From Camelus dromedarius (Eukaryota): a stretch of 64,000 nt of DNA. A program made the position numbers and the translations under genes. Under the pieces are notes generated by a model. The model saw only the letters and a program-made list of their open reading frames with translations, had not been told where the DNA came from and ran no database searches. The stretch covers positions 95,916,001 to 95,980,000 of the forward strand of contig NC_087437.1 of assembly GCF_036321535.1 (NCBI RefSeq), read 5' to 3'. Positions 14,301 through 25,649 of this stretch are shown here, one piece after another. Position 1 is the first letter of the stretch. Each line of letters starts with the position of its first letter.

Positions 14301-15399
14301 AGCAAAGATGGGGTCTGAAAGTGGACTTTACTGCCACCTGGTAGAGAGCACGTGTGATGTATGCTAAGCTTTCACATCTGTCTGCAAGCATAGCTGCTTT
14401 TAAAAGTGAACAGCCATTCAGTACTTTTTATTGATTTAAAATTTCTAATGAGCAGTTGCTAATAATTTGCTTTATCCTGAGCTATCATTCTTAACATTAT
14501 TTCTAAGTGGTCTCTAAAAAAGGTGACAAAAAGGCACATTTCCTCAAACCCTGGTTGATTTGACTCCTTTTTCAACTCTGCCTTTTTTCCTTCTCTTATC
14601 AACGAATAATACTTGATGGGTCCGTTTTACCACACCATAGTTGCCATAGTCTTACAACATTCCGCATCTTCCCTCTAATTCTCGATAGGCAAGTGGTACT
14701 TTCTTGAATGTGTTTCGACATCTTATTGGGTTCTGAATTTCCCCAGTCTCTTTCAGATACACTCTCTAGTTCTATCGTGTCTTCTATCATAGGTGAGTTG
14801 CTTACTCCTATTTGCAACCTCATGTGAAGCACCAAAGTGATCATATTACTCCATCATGCAGCCCACCATCCGCGGTCAGTGTGAAATGTCCTTGTGCCTA
14901 ATTTATTTAATTGATAACTTTCTTTACTCTTTGCCTACTGTCAAACTCCTTCCACTCCCCGGTGGTTAAATAAATTAAATGAGTCTGGTATGTAGCCTCA
15001 AATTTGCCTATATCTTCCCCTGGTTTTCTAGTGGAGGTATACGTGTTTGATTTATATAAATGTCATTGTGCCAACAACATCATTATCTTATTTCTTTTTC
15101 CAGTTAGAATTTAGTTTGATTATCTGTCTACTTTTCTGTGCATATATTCTAGCTCCTTGCTTCTACGTGCCGCATAGTATTCCACACAAAACCTACAGAA
15201 TATTTTGCTTCTCCAAAAATCCTCTTGAAATGGACACCTAAATTGACTACCTGCTACCACACTGAAACACTGACTTTTTTTTGAAAGTTATTGGCATTGT
15301 TTACAGATATTTCTGGTTCTTACATGGGAGGAGAATTGTACTGAATACATGGGACATTTGTACGCTCTGATCATTTTCATATGTAATTCTGGCTGATGA

Positions 15400-15681
15400 G
15401 TATGAACAGGTGTGATAGGTATCCCTCCAAGCCTAGACTACTGAATTGCTGACGTGAAATCTCCAGAGTTCATCTTTCCCTCTTCCCAGTGGCCGACAGT
15501 GTTTGAGATGAGTGGCTACATCCTCAGTCTGCGTGAGTGCCATGAGGAGAGGTAGGTAGCCGGCCAATCTGTGACGGACTTGCAGCGTGAACCAAAAATA
15601 AACCTACGTTATTGCAAGTCAGGGGCTTGGGACTTGGAGCTTACCACAGCGTAATCTACCTAATCTCTCCTGACTGATACA
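15400..15681 (+). mobile_element. MaLR LTR 3' part (MLT1I/J/K class)
   Basis: aaataaacctacgttattgcaag poly(A) signal region; terminus cctgactgataca. Confidence 0.65.
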
Positions 15682-15719
15682 GTCATCCTAGAGACCCTTC
15701 CTAGTCCTGTGTGAGAATA

Positions 15720-16040
15720 TCTGGGGGCTACGTAACCAGAAATAGGAACAGTGGGACCTAGGATGTATGCTGTTTTAAGTCTGAATAAGTATTGCTGGAG
15801 TGCTCTTGAGCAAGATTAAGCTCATCTGATTTCTCCACATCCCCCCTAATAATTACCACTATTCAGCTTTCTAGTTTCTGCCAATCAGATGGTTGTAAAG
15901 TGGTAAATTATTTTACTTTAATTTGCATTTCTCTGATTACAAATGAGCTTGAGGATCTCTTCATATACTTGATAGCTATTTGTGTTTAACTGTCTGTTTA
16001 TCATCTGTTCATATCATTTGCCCATATTAGCTTCTTCTCA
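15720..16040 (-). mobile_element. Old L1M 3' fragment
   Basis: tttaatttgcatttctctgattacaaatgagcttgaggatctcttcatatacttgatagctatttg is antisense L1 ORF2 C-terminal region. Confidence 0.75.
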
Positions 16041-16149
16041 CTGAATGTATGGTTAATATGGTGTGGTATATTTACTTATACAGTACATATAGCATATTTT
16101 AATATACATATATTTTTTTCTCCTAAAAGGTGAAAGGTATATTTCCAGA

Positions 16150-16860
16150 ACCTTTTCTTTACAAGGTCACTCATTGTTTCTTATCAAATTCAGGGGGCTT
16201 TTCTCGTACACATTCACCCTTGATATCACTGTGAAGTCTGAGGTCACTGATGCCCCAGTACTGCTTGGAATGTTTTCTTCTTTGAGTCCTTTGTGCATTC
16301 GACATTCTTCATATATTCTATTCTCATTGCTACCTTTCTGTTCCTTTCATGACTGCTTCAAGGTTTGTGCTCAGCCTTTTGGTCCTCTTTCATTCCAGCC
16401 CTTCCCCACAAGGACTCACCCATCCAGCTACTACCTTTATACTCACGATAATGAAACAAGCAAATCTCTCACCTTAAGTCTTGCTGTTAAGCCTACAGCT
16501 CTGACTGCACAGACAGCACCTCCACCTGATTGTCTTGTTATCACCCCAAGCTTAGCCTGTTAAGATGGAAATTAAAATATCATCTGAAAAAGTATGTCAC
16601 CTTCCTTTATAAACCATTCATTTCAGTTGTAAATCATCACAATTGTCAAGACGAAAACCTTGAAGTTACCTTTGATATTTAATTCTCTTTTATCTGCTAG
16701 GCTGTGTGACTTACTTGGATTTTTTTTCCCACTCCAAATGTGTTTTGGTTTTGCACCCTTTTCTCTGATATCCTGTTCCTTTATCCATTGCTGCCTTCCT
16801 ACCAAGAAGTTTACCACCTCAGACCCAGAGCAATGGAAAATCCACTGACTAGTCTCTGTG
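16150..16860 (+). mobile_element. L2 fragment
   Basis: caaggtcac...caaattc...cttggaatgttttcttctttg and gaaaaccttgaagttacctttgat are L2 ORF2/3' signatures. Confidence 0.6.
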
Positions 16861-17826
16861 ATTGGCTTTTACATTGTATAACAAAGATACCACATTCTTA
16901 TTATACTGTTGTTTTCTATATTTCCAGACATTATTTTACTCTTTTCAAGTAGCACAAATGATAAGGAGTGATAGTCTATGTTATTAGAATAAATAATATA
17001 GAATTATGTGGGATAAAATATAACATTATACCTTTATATTCACTCCCCCCAAATCAGTCTTCCTGTCTTTTTTTCCCCAAAGATAATCACTGCTGAACAT
17101 TTGATGTTTCCAAATACTTACAAGGTTCTGTTATCCATTTATATGCATGCATACTTACATATAGATTGTTCCCCTTTCTTATTACTCATTAGTGGGCTGA
17201 TGCATTTTTCTTTTCATATAATGTGATGATTTTTGTTTAACATTCTATGTCAACAGGTATAACTGAATCTATTAATTATGAATTAATTTCTGTTTAATGT
17301 AGATGGGAGGATGGGTGGAGGAGGAGGTGACTGGTGGCAAGAGACCTGTAAGATGCTTTTAAAATAGTCCACTTGAAAGGTGATACAAATTTGCTCTCAG
17401 CAAATGTAAACTGAAATACAAGAGCTAGACACAAGTAAGGGTGATTTAGGAGACCGAATTACTAGGACTTGTCAATCACATATTTGCAGGATGTGTGGTA
17501 GATGATGGAGATCACTTTCCAGTTTCCAGTATGAGAGACCAGAGTGTAAGTGTGTAAGTGGGAGTAATAACTGAAATATAGAACTCAGAAAGAAAAGCAG
17601 ACAGAAGGTGGAAGGGATATTGCTTTGCAGAATTTGAAAAACAGGCACTTTGATTTGTGTAGACTTTAACTTGTGATGAATAGTAAGTTCAGAATTTAAG
17701 TTTTACCTAAAATTCTGGGAATTTGATAATGGAAGGAGAAGACTTGTACTCAAGGTTAGCATACCTTCTTAGTGTTGGCAATTTATTATTGGAGTTTTGG
17801 TATTCCTTTTATTATGGAAATATTAT

Positions 17827-18194
17827 TGTTTCGGAAATGACAGGCCAGCCAAGAAACAAGCACCACTCGGAGGGTTGGAGTACTCAGATTTATTACGCCA
17901 GCGGGCTCAGAGGGGCTTCTGCTCTGAAGCTCTGAGCACCTCCAAGACGTGTGCATGAGGTTTTATAGGGTTAATTACAAGCTTGGGGTATTCGGCGAAT
18001 AGGCATGGTACAGCTTTAGCAGCATCATTATCACAAAAGTAGAGGCAGGGAGGCAGCAAACCAACATTTCAAGGCCAGATATGTCTCTCTGAAAATCCAG
18101 CTGGCTAGCAAAAAAAAACATGAGCAGGGAATCAGCAAACCGACACTTATTAACTTAGATTTACCAGTTAGCCCAGCCCGGCTTTTCCTTCACA
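17827..18194 (-). mobile_element. Young ERV1 (gamma-like) solo LTR, 368 bp
   Basis: TG...CA termini; 4-bp TSD ttat (17823-17826, 18195-18198); minus strand has TATA (cctataaaacc, ~17960-17970) then AATAAA (~17889-17894); about 9 CpGs retained. Confidence 0.85.
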
Positions 18195-18655
18195 TTATAA
18201 CGTGTCTTTAATTGCATTGTTTACGGAAGCTCAGATAAGCTATAACAGTGAACTTGGTTTGAAACTTTTGGATGAGAAATAGTGTGGGAACTGGAAGTAC
18301 TGCTTTGGTTACAGAGTGGATTTGGAGTTACTTTTATTTATATACTGTCCTGAAATATTTTAGGGCCTTCTAGGTGCAACCATCCCAAGAGAAACCAGAA
18401 GGGATCAGTGGCTTGTATTCAGGGAAGCTGAAGACAAGACTGCCAACGGGCTGATGCTCTCCCTGAAGAGATCATTGTAACTTGCCTTGACTTACTGTTT
18501 AAGGCCAGAGGGTTAAGAAAATCAAAACATTGGGGATGGGTGGGTGGAACATCTATTTACCAGTCCTTTCATTTCCACAAGAAAACACAAATGGCCTCTC
18601 TCTACCAACTATGATTACTTCTCTGAAGAGCAAAATTTATTAACCTGACTGGTGA

Positions 18656-19032
18656 GGTGTATTTTTTTGTTTTTTGGGGTTTTTTTGTTTGTTTGTTTAG
18701 ATTTTTATTTTATTTATTTGTTTTTATTGAAGTACAGTCAGTTACAATGTGTCAATTTCTGGTGTACAGCACAAAGTCCCAGTCATGCATATACATACAT
18801 ATATTCATTTTCATATTCTTTTTCATTAAAGGTTATTATGAGATATTGAATATAGTTCCCTGTGCTATACAGAAGAAACTTGGTTTTTTTCAATCTATTT
18901 TTATATATAGTGGCTAACATTTGCAAATCTCAAACTCCCAAATTTTTCCCTTCCCAACCCCTTTCCCCAGTAACCATAAGATTGTTTACTGTGTCTGCGA
19001 GTCTGTTTCTGTTTTGTGGATGAGTTCATAGT
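18656..19032 (-). mobile_element. Young 5'-truncated L1 (3' UTR plus tail)
   Basis: Reverse complement of the L1 3' UTR seen at 22.4, 30.3 and 61.6 kb; T-rich tail 18661-18725; TSD ctgactggtga (18645-18655, 19033-19043). Confidence 0.9.
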
Positions 19033-19295
19033 CTGACTGGTGACTTTGTCATAAGAAACTCCTCTAACTCCTCGTATCTTTCTCTTCAGGAGGTAACTGC
19101 CTGTAGAGAATATGTACCCTGTTCTCTCCTATGTCATCTGGTGAAAAGAGCCTGCCCCCCACACAGGAGCTCAGTACTTCTTTTGATTTAATAGGTTAAT
19201 CTTTCTATAATGAAAATCACTATTAAGAGGTCCCTTAGCCCACATATATAAAACTTGCTTTCCAATATTAGCTTTATTAGTTAGTAGAGCTATAT

Positions 19296-20254
19296 ATATA
19301 TATATATTTTTTTTTTGAGTGAAGGTAGATTTATTCAGAGAGATACATTGAAAGGCAAGAAAAGCCACGAAGTGTGGGGATTGGGTGCTGAGGTTAAAAG
19401 TAGGTACACACTCCATAGACAGAATGCGAGCTGTCTCCAGAGGGAGAGAGAGGGGTGGCCACTAGGCTCCGTTTTGCTGGTTTTTATGGGCTTGGTGGCT
19501 TCATATGCTAATAAGTAGAAAGACCAGTCTAAGGGGAAGGGGCTGGGATTCCCAGGAAGTTGGCCATTTCCCATCTTTGACCTTCTGTGGCTAGCCTTGG
19601 GACTGCCACGGTGCCTGTGGGTGTGTTATTCACCTTGTTAATATTACAGTGGGTGTATAATGAAGCTCAAGATCTGCTAGAAGTTAAATCTCTTCATCCT
19701 GAGCCTCAAGGTCTACTGGGGTTTGAATCTTTCACCATTTTGATGTTAATTGCTGTGGCATTCCTTGAATGGCTGTGCCCTGCCCCCTTCCATCCTGTCT
19801 CATTCCCTCCTCAGAGATTTTACTCCCATAATCTTATGGGGTTACAGAGGGGCAAGGGTCTATCTTCTGAAACTGCTTCCAGGCTGAGTAGGGGCATTGA
19901 CCCTGCCTATCAGGGAGTAAAAATCTCTCAGTGCCTAATCTAGGGGCCCCAGGGGCAGGACAGCCTTTTTTTTTGCATCCAAGGGCTGAGGGTGTGGGCT
20001 GGAATCCTCGCACAGCCGTCATCTGATGTGGGGCTGCCGTAACCCACTGTTTCCATTGACTTCTGATGAATTTTCTTAAAGATGAAGCACCTTTGTAACA
20101 ACAGTTTGGCAGTCTGTAATGACAAAAAGACTTAAAAGGCATGGTTAAACATTTGTAATCACCGCGACATGATATCATTTGTTCGTTTTTTTTAAACAGG
20201 TACCTGAGGTCTTGTATTGCCTCGCAAGCATAGGTCCTTCCTGGCTCCTGTTGG
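19296..20254 (-). pseudogene. Processed (polyadenylated, U5-less) retrocopy of an env-deleted ERV1 RNA
   Basis: Minus strand, in order: integrase-end peptide TYACEAIQDLRYLFKK (20235-20188); env-tail-like QMTAVRGFQPTP; PPT gaggagggaa (19812-19803); LTR starting TGAGACAGG (19802); CATAAAAA (19488-19481); AATAAA (19335-19330); A10 tail (19316-19307). TSD gtagagctatat (19284-19295, 20255-20266). Confidence 0.85.
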
Positions 20255-20344
20255 GTAGAGCTATATTTTTATGTCCTTTAATTTACTCTTTTTAACTTGC
20301 CTAGAACTTGAGGGAGAAATTGGTCCTACTTCTTGGTAAGCAAC

Positions 20345-20590
20345 TCAAACCACAACTTCTTACCTACTCAACTTTAGCATCAGAGCAGGAGCACAGCCAC
20401 AGACAATATATAATCAAAGAACTGTGTTGCTGTGTTCCCAAAAAAAACCCTTTATTTATGAACACTGAAATTTCAATTTCATAAATTTTCATATCACTAA
20501 ATATTCTTTTTCTTTTTAAAAACTATTTAAAACTACATAAAAATGTCTTAGCTTGAGAAGGCCAGATTAGGCCCATAGACTGTGGTTTGA
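20345..20590. mobile_element. MER58B-like hAT-Charlie element
   Basis: ctactcaact...cagccacagacaatat...gctgtgttcc...ctttatttatgaacactgaaattt...ggccagattaggcccatagactgtggtttg. Confidence 0.8.
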
Positions 20591-22304
20591 AGAATTCACT
20601 TGTGATGCCAAATACAATACTTTGGTTATCTTCTCTCTTTCTCAAGAATTTTTAAAATCTTCATTCTGCCTATTTAAGTCCATATTTCTACGACTAGTTT
20701 TCAGGTACTCTGTAACCTGGCCATCCATACCTACTCAACAACAAAAAAGCATATTTTCCCATTAGAGTTCCTAGCACCTCGTTGTTACTCAATAAATATT
20801 TGTTTTTTTAAAAAAGCACTAATTAGCTTAAAAAATAAATAGTATGGGCTTTCTGCCCTAGAAGACGTGCTTCTTCAGTATGCTTCCTTACTTTTTTATT
20901 CTCTTAATTTAAATATTATGTGTTCTAAAACTTTCTTATCAACCACTTTTATTCCATCAAATTCCTACTTTATGCTGAGAAATATATTATGAAGGGATAA
21001 AAATTGCAAATGTTTGCCCGTTTCTGTATGATATCGTGGTTTTGATAGATGAGAGAGAAGGAATAAATGCAAAGCAAGCTCCAGATGCAGGAAATGTGGC
21101 ACTGACATTTAGGAATTTATTCCTTTTCAGGTCTTATCTTGTCATGTTTTTTATCCAGGAAGATAGTGGCAAATGCAGTGGTTTAGTACATTTCTGTGGA
21201 CAGAGCAGAAAAAGCATGGGAGATATCATTTATTTGGACTATTGACTAAGCTTATATTTCCACCACAGAAATTCAGTCCAATTTAGATTTGGGCTAGCCA
21301 GTTCAGAGGAGGCTAGGGGACAATACAGTTTAAAAGAAAATAGAGTTCAGAAGGAAGAGATGCCTCTTTAGTCATTCTTCTCGATAGCCTATGGTGAGCT
21401 AGTCCTTCCCTGGCCTCTCTCTTTTGTCTGTGAAAGACAAAGCACATTCTGTGTGCTAATGGTCTTCTATAGTTTTTACAGGGAAAGATGCATTGTAGTA
21501 AAAGGGGAAATTTTTAAAGGAATGCTTATTTTTCTCTGCATCCCTCTTGGGCAGCTGGGAAGCTTGGTGATATTTTTAATACTCTAGATGAATCATGACT
21601 GCAGTCAGACTTGTCATCTCAAAGATGAAAATATTGTGTTGGGGAGAAAATTACTTTGTGAAAATATTTTGGATGGTTTTCTTTTTTGCAAAATAAAAAA
21701 TGCTCAGCTTTACATCTCCCAATACCTATTGCCAAATGATCCTCCAAAAATGTACCAGTTTAGATTTTCCATCAACTGTGTATCCAGATAACACACAACC
21801 TTCTTTAAAGAACCTTTTGAAACCTCACTTTCACTATTGTTGATCTCAGTTTGCTCTCACTCACTCCCCAACCTCAATTTCGAGTTGAACGACTATGTCC
21901 AACATTAGACCATTCCCATTTTATTTCAGATTTAGAATCAATGTTCCTTTTTCCAACTTTTAAATTTTTGATGTTTAATTAGTTGTTCTTTCTAAAATCT
22001 AGGAAAATTATCAGTAACACTTTGGGGGGAAAATACGATAGTCTCATTTGTACCTTCATTTCCTTATATCTATCTGATATAATTAATTACCTGAAACATT
22101 TACTATATGTATAAATATGTATCGACTCTCTTCCTTACAAACATTGACATAATTATTTTCAATAGTCCAATAACTTAATATTGCACCTTTATTTAATTTT
22201 ATTTCTTATATTTCTTCTCAGAATTTAATACTTGGCCCCTTCCTTATTCAATGTTTTCAGACAATGTTAACTTTTTTTTATCAGTAACACTATCCAAATT
22301 AAAA

Positions 22305-22305
<1 letters not shown>

Positions 22306-22343
<38 letters not shown>

Positions 22344-22801
22344 CAATGGAATACTACTCAGTCATAAAAAAGAATAAAATAATGCCATTTGCAACAATAT
22401 GGATGGACCTGGAGATCATCATACTAAGTGAAGTAAGCCAGAAAGAGAGAGAAATATAGTATATCACTTATATGTGAAATCTAAAGAAAAAAGGACACAA
22501 ATAAACTTAGTTATGAAACAGAGACAGTCTCACATAGAAAATAAACTTATCGTTACCAGAGGTGAAAGCAGGGGAGGGATAAATTGGGAGTTTGGGATTT
22601 GCAGTTACTAAGTACTCTATATAAAACACATAAACAACAAGTCCTACTGTGTAGCACAGGGAACTGTATTCAATACCTTGTAATGGCCTATAATGAAAAT
22701 GAGTATGAAAAGGAATATACATTTTATATATAATTGAATCACTATGCTATACACCAGAAATTAACACAACATTGTAAATGGACTATACTTCAATTTGAAA
22801 A
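22306..22801 (+). mobile_element. 5'-truncated L1 3' end with (CA)n at its 5' edge
   Basis: tacaatggaatactactcag...gatggacctggagatcatcatactaagtgaagtaag...gactatacttcaat; (CA)n ~22309-22334. Confidence 0.9.
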
Positions 22802-24287
22802 GTACTTTCTAAATAATTAGCTTTGATATGGTAAGGCTACCTCTTTTCTAATCTCTTAAGAAAAAAAAAAACCTGAAGTAACAAATGCTTAAGTAAAATT
22901 TCTTAGTGCTGACATTCATCACATGTCCTGCTCTCTCTGTATAGCAGCTCTCAGTCCTGGTGCATGGGATACATTTTCTCTTGTCAACAACGCCTGTAAA
23001 CACAGCTGTGAGCTGCTGCTCTGGGCCAGGATGTCCTTGATTTGGTCAAGGAACCAAAAGAAATTTGAAAAGGACAGATGTTCCATAAGGAAATAAGCTG
23101 GTGCACCTTTGTTGGCAAAAATAGAGCATTTAATGAAAATATTTTTTTTCAAATAAGCATTCCTGAGGCTAACTTAACAGTTGTGCTGGAGTCTTTGTAT
23201 TGCTCACAAGGCTAACGTGGAAGTAGTTTGCTTCAGACATCAAAACAGGGCTACCAGTTTAATTCAAAACATGGATCCTAAAGCTACTTTTAGATGAGGA
23301 TATATTTACAGTGGAACTACATCTAGTCCCACTATATTACCTTGTTTATTGTGCAGATGGGAAAAAAATAAGACTAAAAAAGTAAGATTAACTATGCTAT
23401 TAGGAATATTTTCCTGATGTAAACACAGGCCTGGCTAAATATCTGTATGTTTGGAAATTAAAGATACATGATGTACATGCCATTTTCTTGTGGATATGTT
23501 AGTTTTTAAGTGGTCATGTTTAAGTAATTTCTCCATGTGCTTTTGTGCTTTTACATTTTCATATACCTGTATATTTTAATCATGAAAACAGAATTGAAAA
23601 TATATTTTTTAATTCTTGACTTTATGGAAGTAAAAGAATAATGATTTAGTGATTCAGAAACACTGGCCAAAAAGTGCTATAAATAAAACACAATATCTGA
23701 ATTTAAAACAAACTCATAAAAGTATTTTTTTCAAGGTTTTTTAAATTATTTTTTCTGAACTTCTTTCTAGTTTGCTTTTTTTGTAAAGTAATTCCTACAT
23801 TTTCCTTCTTGGTTCTCTCTTTCATTTGCTGCATAAGTGAAAATAAAGGTAACACTTGAAAATGACTGGAAATCAGATCATTCTCAAAAGTTTTAAATGA
23901 TAGGAACAACCCACACGATGGTTTTAGTTGATACTTAGCGAAAAGTGCTTTCATGCAGGGATGAGCAGTTAGCAAAAGTAGATTGAGAAGACCAAGGGCA
24001 ACGTGGACGTTTAGGAAAGAGTCAGTGACACAGATAAAGGCTGGTAATTGTGAGAAATCTAAGGGCTGAGACAGATCAGATTATTGAATGTCTGAAAACG
24101 AGGTAAATATTAAAAATATGCACCTAAAATAAAATCCAAACTACATAGACACTAAAGAAATTTGGTGAAAAAGGTTGAAGTCTTTGACCTTTTGGAACTT
24201 ACATTCAAGTGTAGAGTTAGATCAAACATGAGGAAATAAATGAAAGAGATCATTTTAGTGAAAAAAAAATCAAAAATAACATGTTTA

Positions 24288-24432
24288 GGGGGAAGGGTAT
24301 AGCTCAGTGGTAGAGTGCCTGCTCAGTATGCATGAGTCATGGGTTCAACCTCCAATACCTCCATCAAAAAAATGAATAAATAAATAAACCTAATCACCCC
24401 CCAAAAAAAATTATAAAAAAAAAAGAAATTTT
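24288..24432 (+). mobile_element. tRNA-derived SINE (camelid vic-1-like)
   Basis: gggggaagggtatagctcagtggtagag (A box), gggttcaacc (B box), aataaataaacctaatcacccccc plus A tail; TSD aaaataacatgttta (24273-24287) / aaaataacactttta (24433-24447). Confidence 0.85.
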
Positions 24433-24449
24433 AAAATAACACTTTTATG

Positions 24450-25300
24450 TGATGGAGATTACCACGTTAGGGCTATGTTAGGATCTTCAGAAAAGATCTC
24501 TCAGAGGAATTGGTTTATTAACCTGAAGTTTCAAATACTTGTTAGATACGCATGTGGAAAAATCAAGTCGTTAGTAGAATGTGTCAGTCTGGAGAAGTGG
24601 CGGGAAGTGTCTGGGTTAGAGGTACAGATCTGGGAGCTGTCGGTGCATCAGTGTTATTTAAAGCTATGGGATTGGGTGAGAGCATCGAGGGGATAGGGAA
24701 ATAGGCAAGAAGGAGGCCCAAGACTGAAGCCAGAGGGTCCCCAGCCGTTAGTGACCAAGCAGAGCAGCAGAATTGAGCAAGAGGAGACTTAGAAGGGGTG
24801 CCATGGAGGCAGGGGGACGCCTCGGAGGCCGGATGCCACAGAGGCCAGGAGAAGAAAAGTTACAAGAAAGGAGTAGTGGTAAGCTGGGTTGAGTGAGGTT
24901 GAGATTTCAGCTAAGAAAAAGCAAAATAGTGACCACAGAATTTGGGTTGCTTATTGGTCACCTTGACAGGAGCCATCTCTGCAGAGTGGAGAAAAGGAGG
25001 CCTGAATGGACTGGGTTAAGGCAAGTGTGTACAATAAGCAAGTAGAGGAATTATAGACCACTCTCCAACACGTTCACTATTAATAGTCATTGAAAAATGT
25101 GTGGCAGGGAAATACTAGATCATAAATAAGGATGATTTTGGATCTTTCAAGTCTTATATGAGTGGTTCAGGAGAAGGAGATAAATTTCTGATGTAAGAGA
25201 GAGGGGGAGGGTGTGCACAGTGGGGTCCTGGCCTTTGATGGGAGGAAGGAAAATTCACCAGTAATAACAGTAATAAGAGAGAGGGAGAAAAATGCTGTTC
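24450..25300 (-). mobile_element. L2 fragment (probably continues from ~24180, interrupted by the SINE)
   Basis: gtctggag...gtctgggttagaggtacagatctgggag...tttaaagctatgggattgg...ggtcaccttgacaggagc. Confidence 0.75.
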
Positions 25301-25649
25301 AGCTGGATTTTGTGATGGGAGGATAGAGGAGTTTCCTCCTGTTTGTGTGTTTTTTTTCCTCACCAGCTGACAGTGAGGAGCTGGAAGGGGATGGAGTGTT
25401 TGAGGGGAGCAAGAGAAAAAATAATGATTTGCACAGAGTGCAAAATTGAGCATGCTAAGGAAGAGAGTATGTTCAAGCATCATTGATTCAATTCTATTGA
25501 AACTTGTAACTTTGAATTCAAGGTTAGATCAGTCAGCAGATTCGTTCCCCACCCCCACTCCCACCCTGGTATTAAGTGTTTAGGTAAAGACATGCAGTAG
25601 GCAGACAGATTTAATAGCCTAATAAAGATTGCACTTGATTGAAACATAT

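Noticed and set aside
14599..14844. Possible non-retroviral endogenous viral element or foreign DNA (CpG-rich ORF)
   Set aside because: No recognisable viral motif, and the CpG excess extends well beyond the ORF; reported as a regional effect instead.
16174..16563. 129-aa ORF
   Set aside because: Lies in an L2 remnant, has a non-ATG start, and shows no recognisable domain or exon structure.
17827..20254. Three adjacent minus-strand young insertions as evidence of a plus-strand host gene, or as one provirus
   Set aside because: Each has its own TSD, the two LTRs look unrelated, and many other young L1s in the window are on the plus strand.
24288..24362. tRNA gene
   Set aside because: Degenerate arms, SINE-specific tail, poly(A) and TSD identify it as a SINE.
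25547..25566. Minus-strand G-quadruplex motif
   Set aside because: Formally present, but common in mammalian DNA and with no functional context here.
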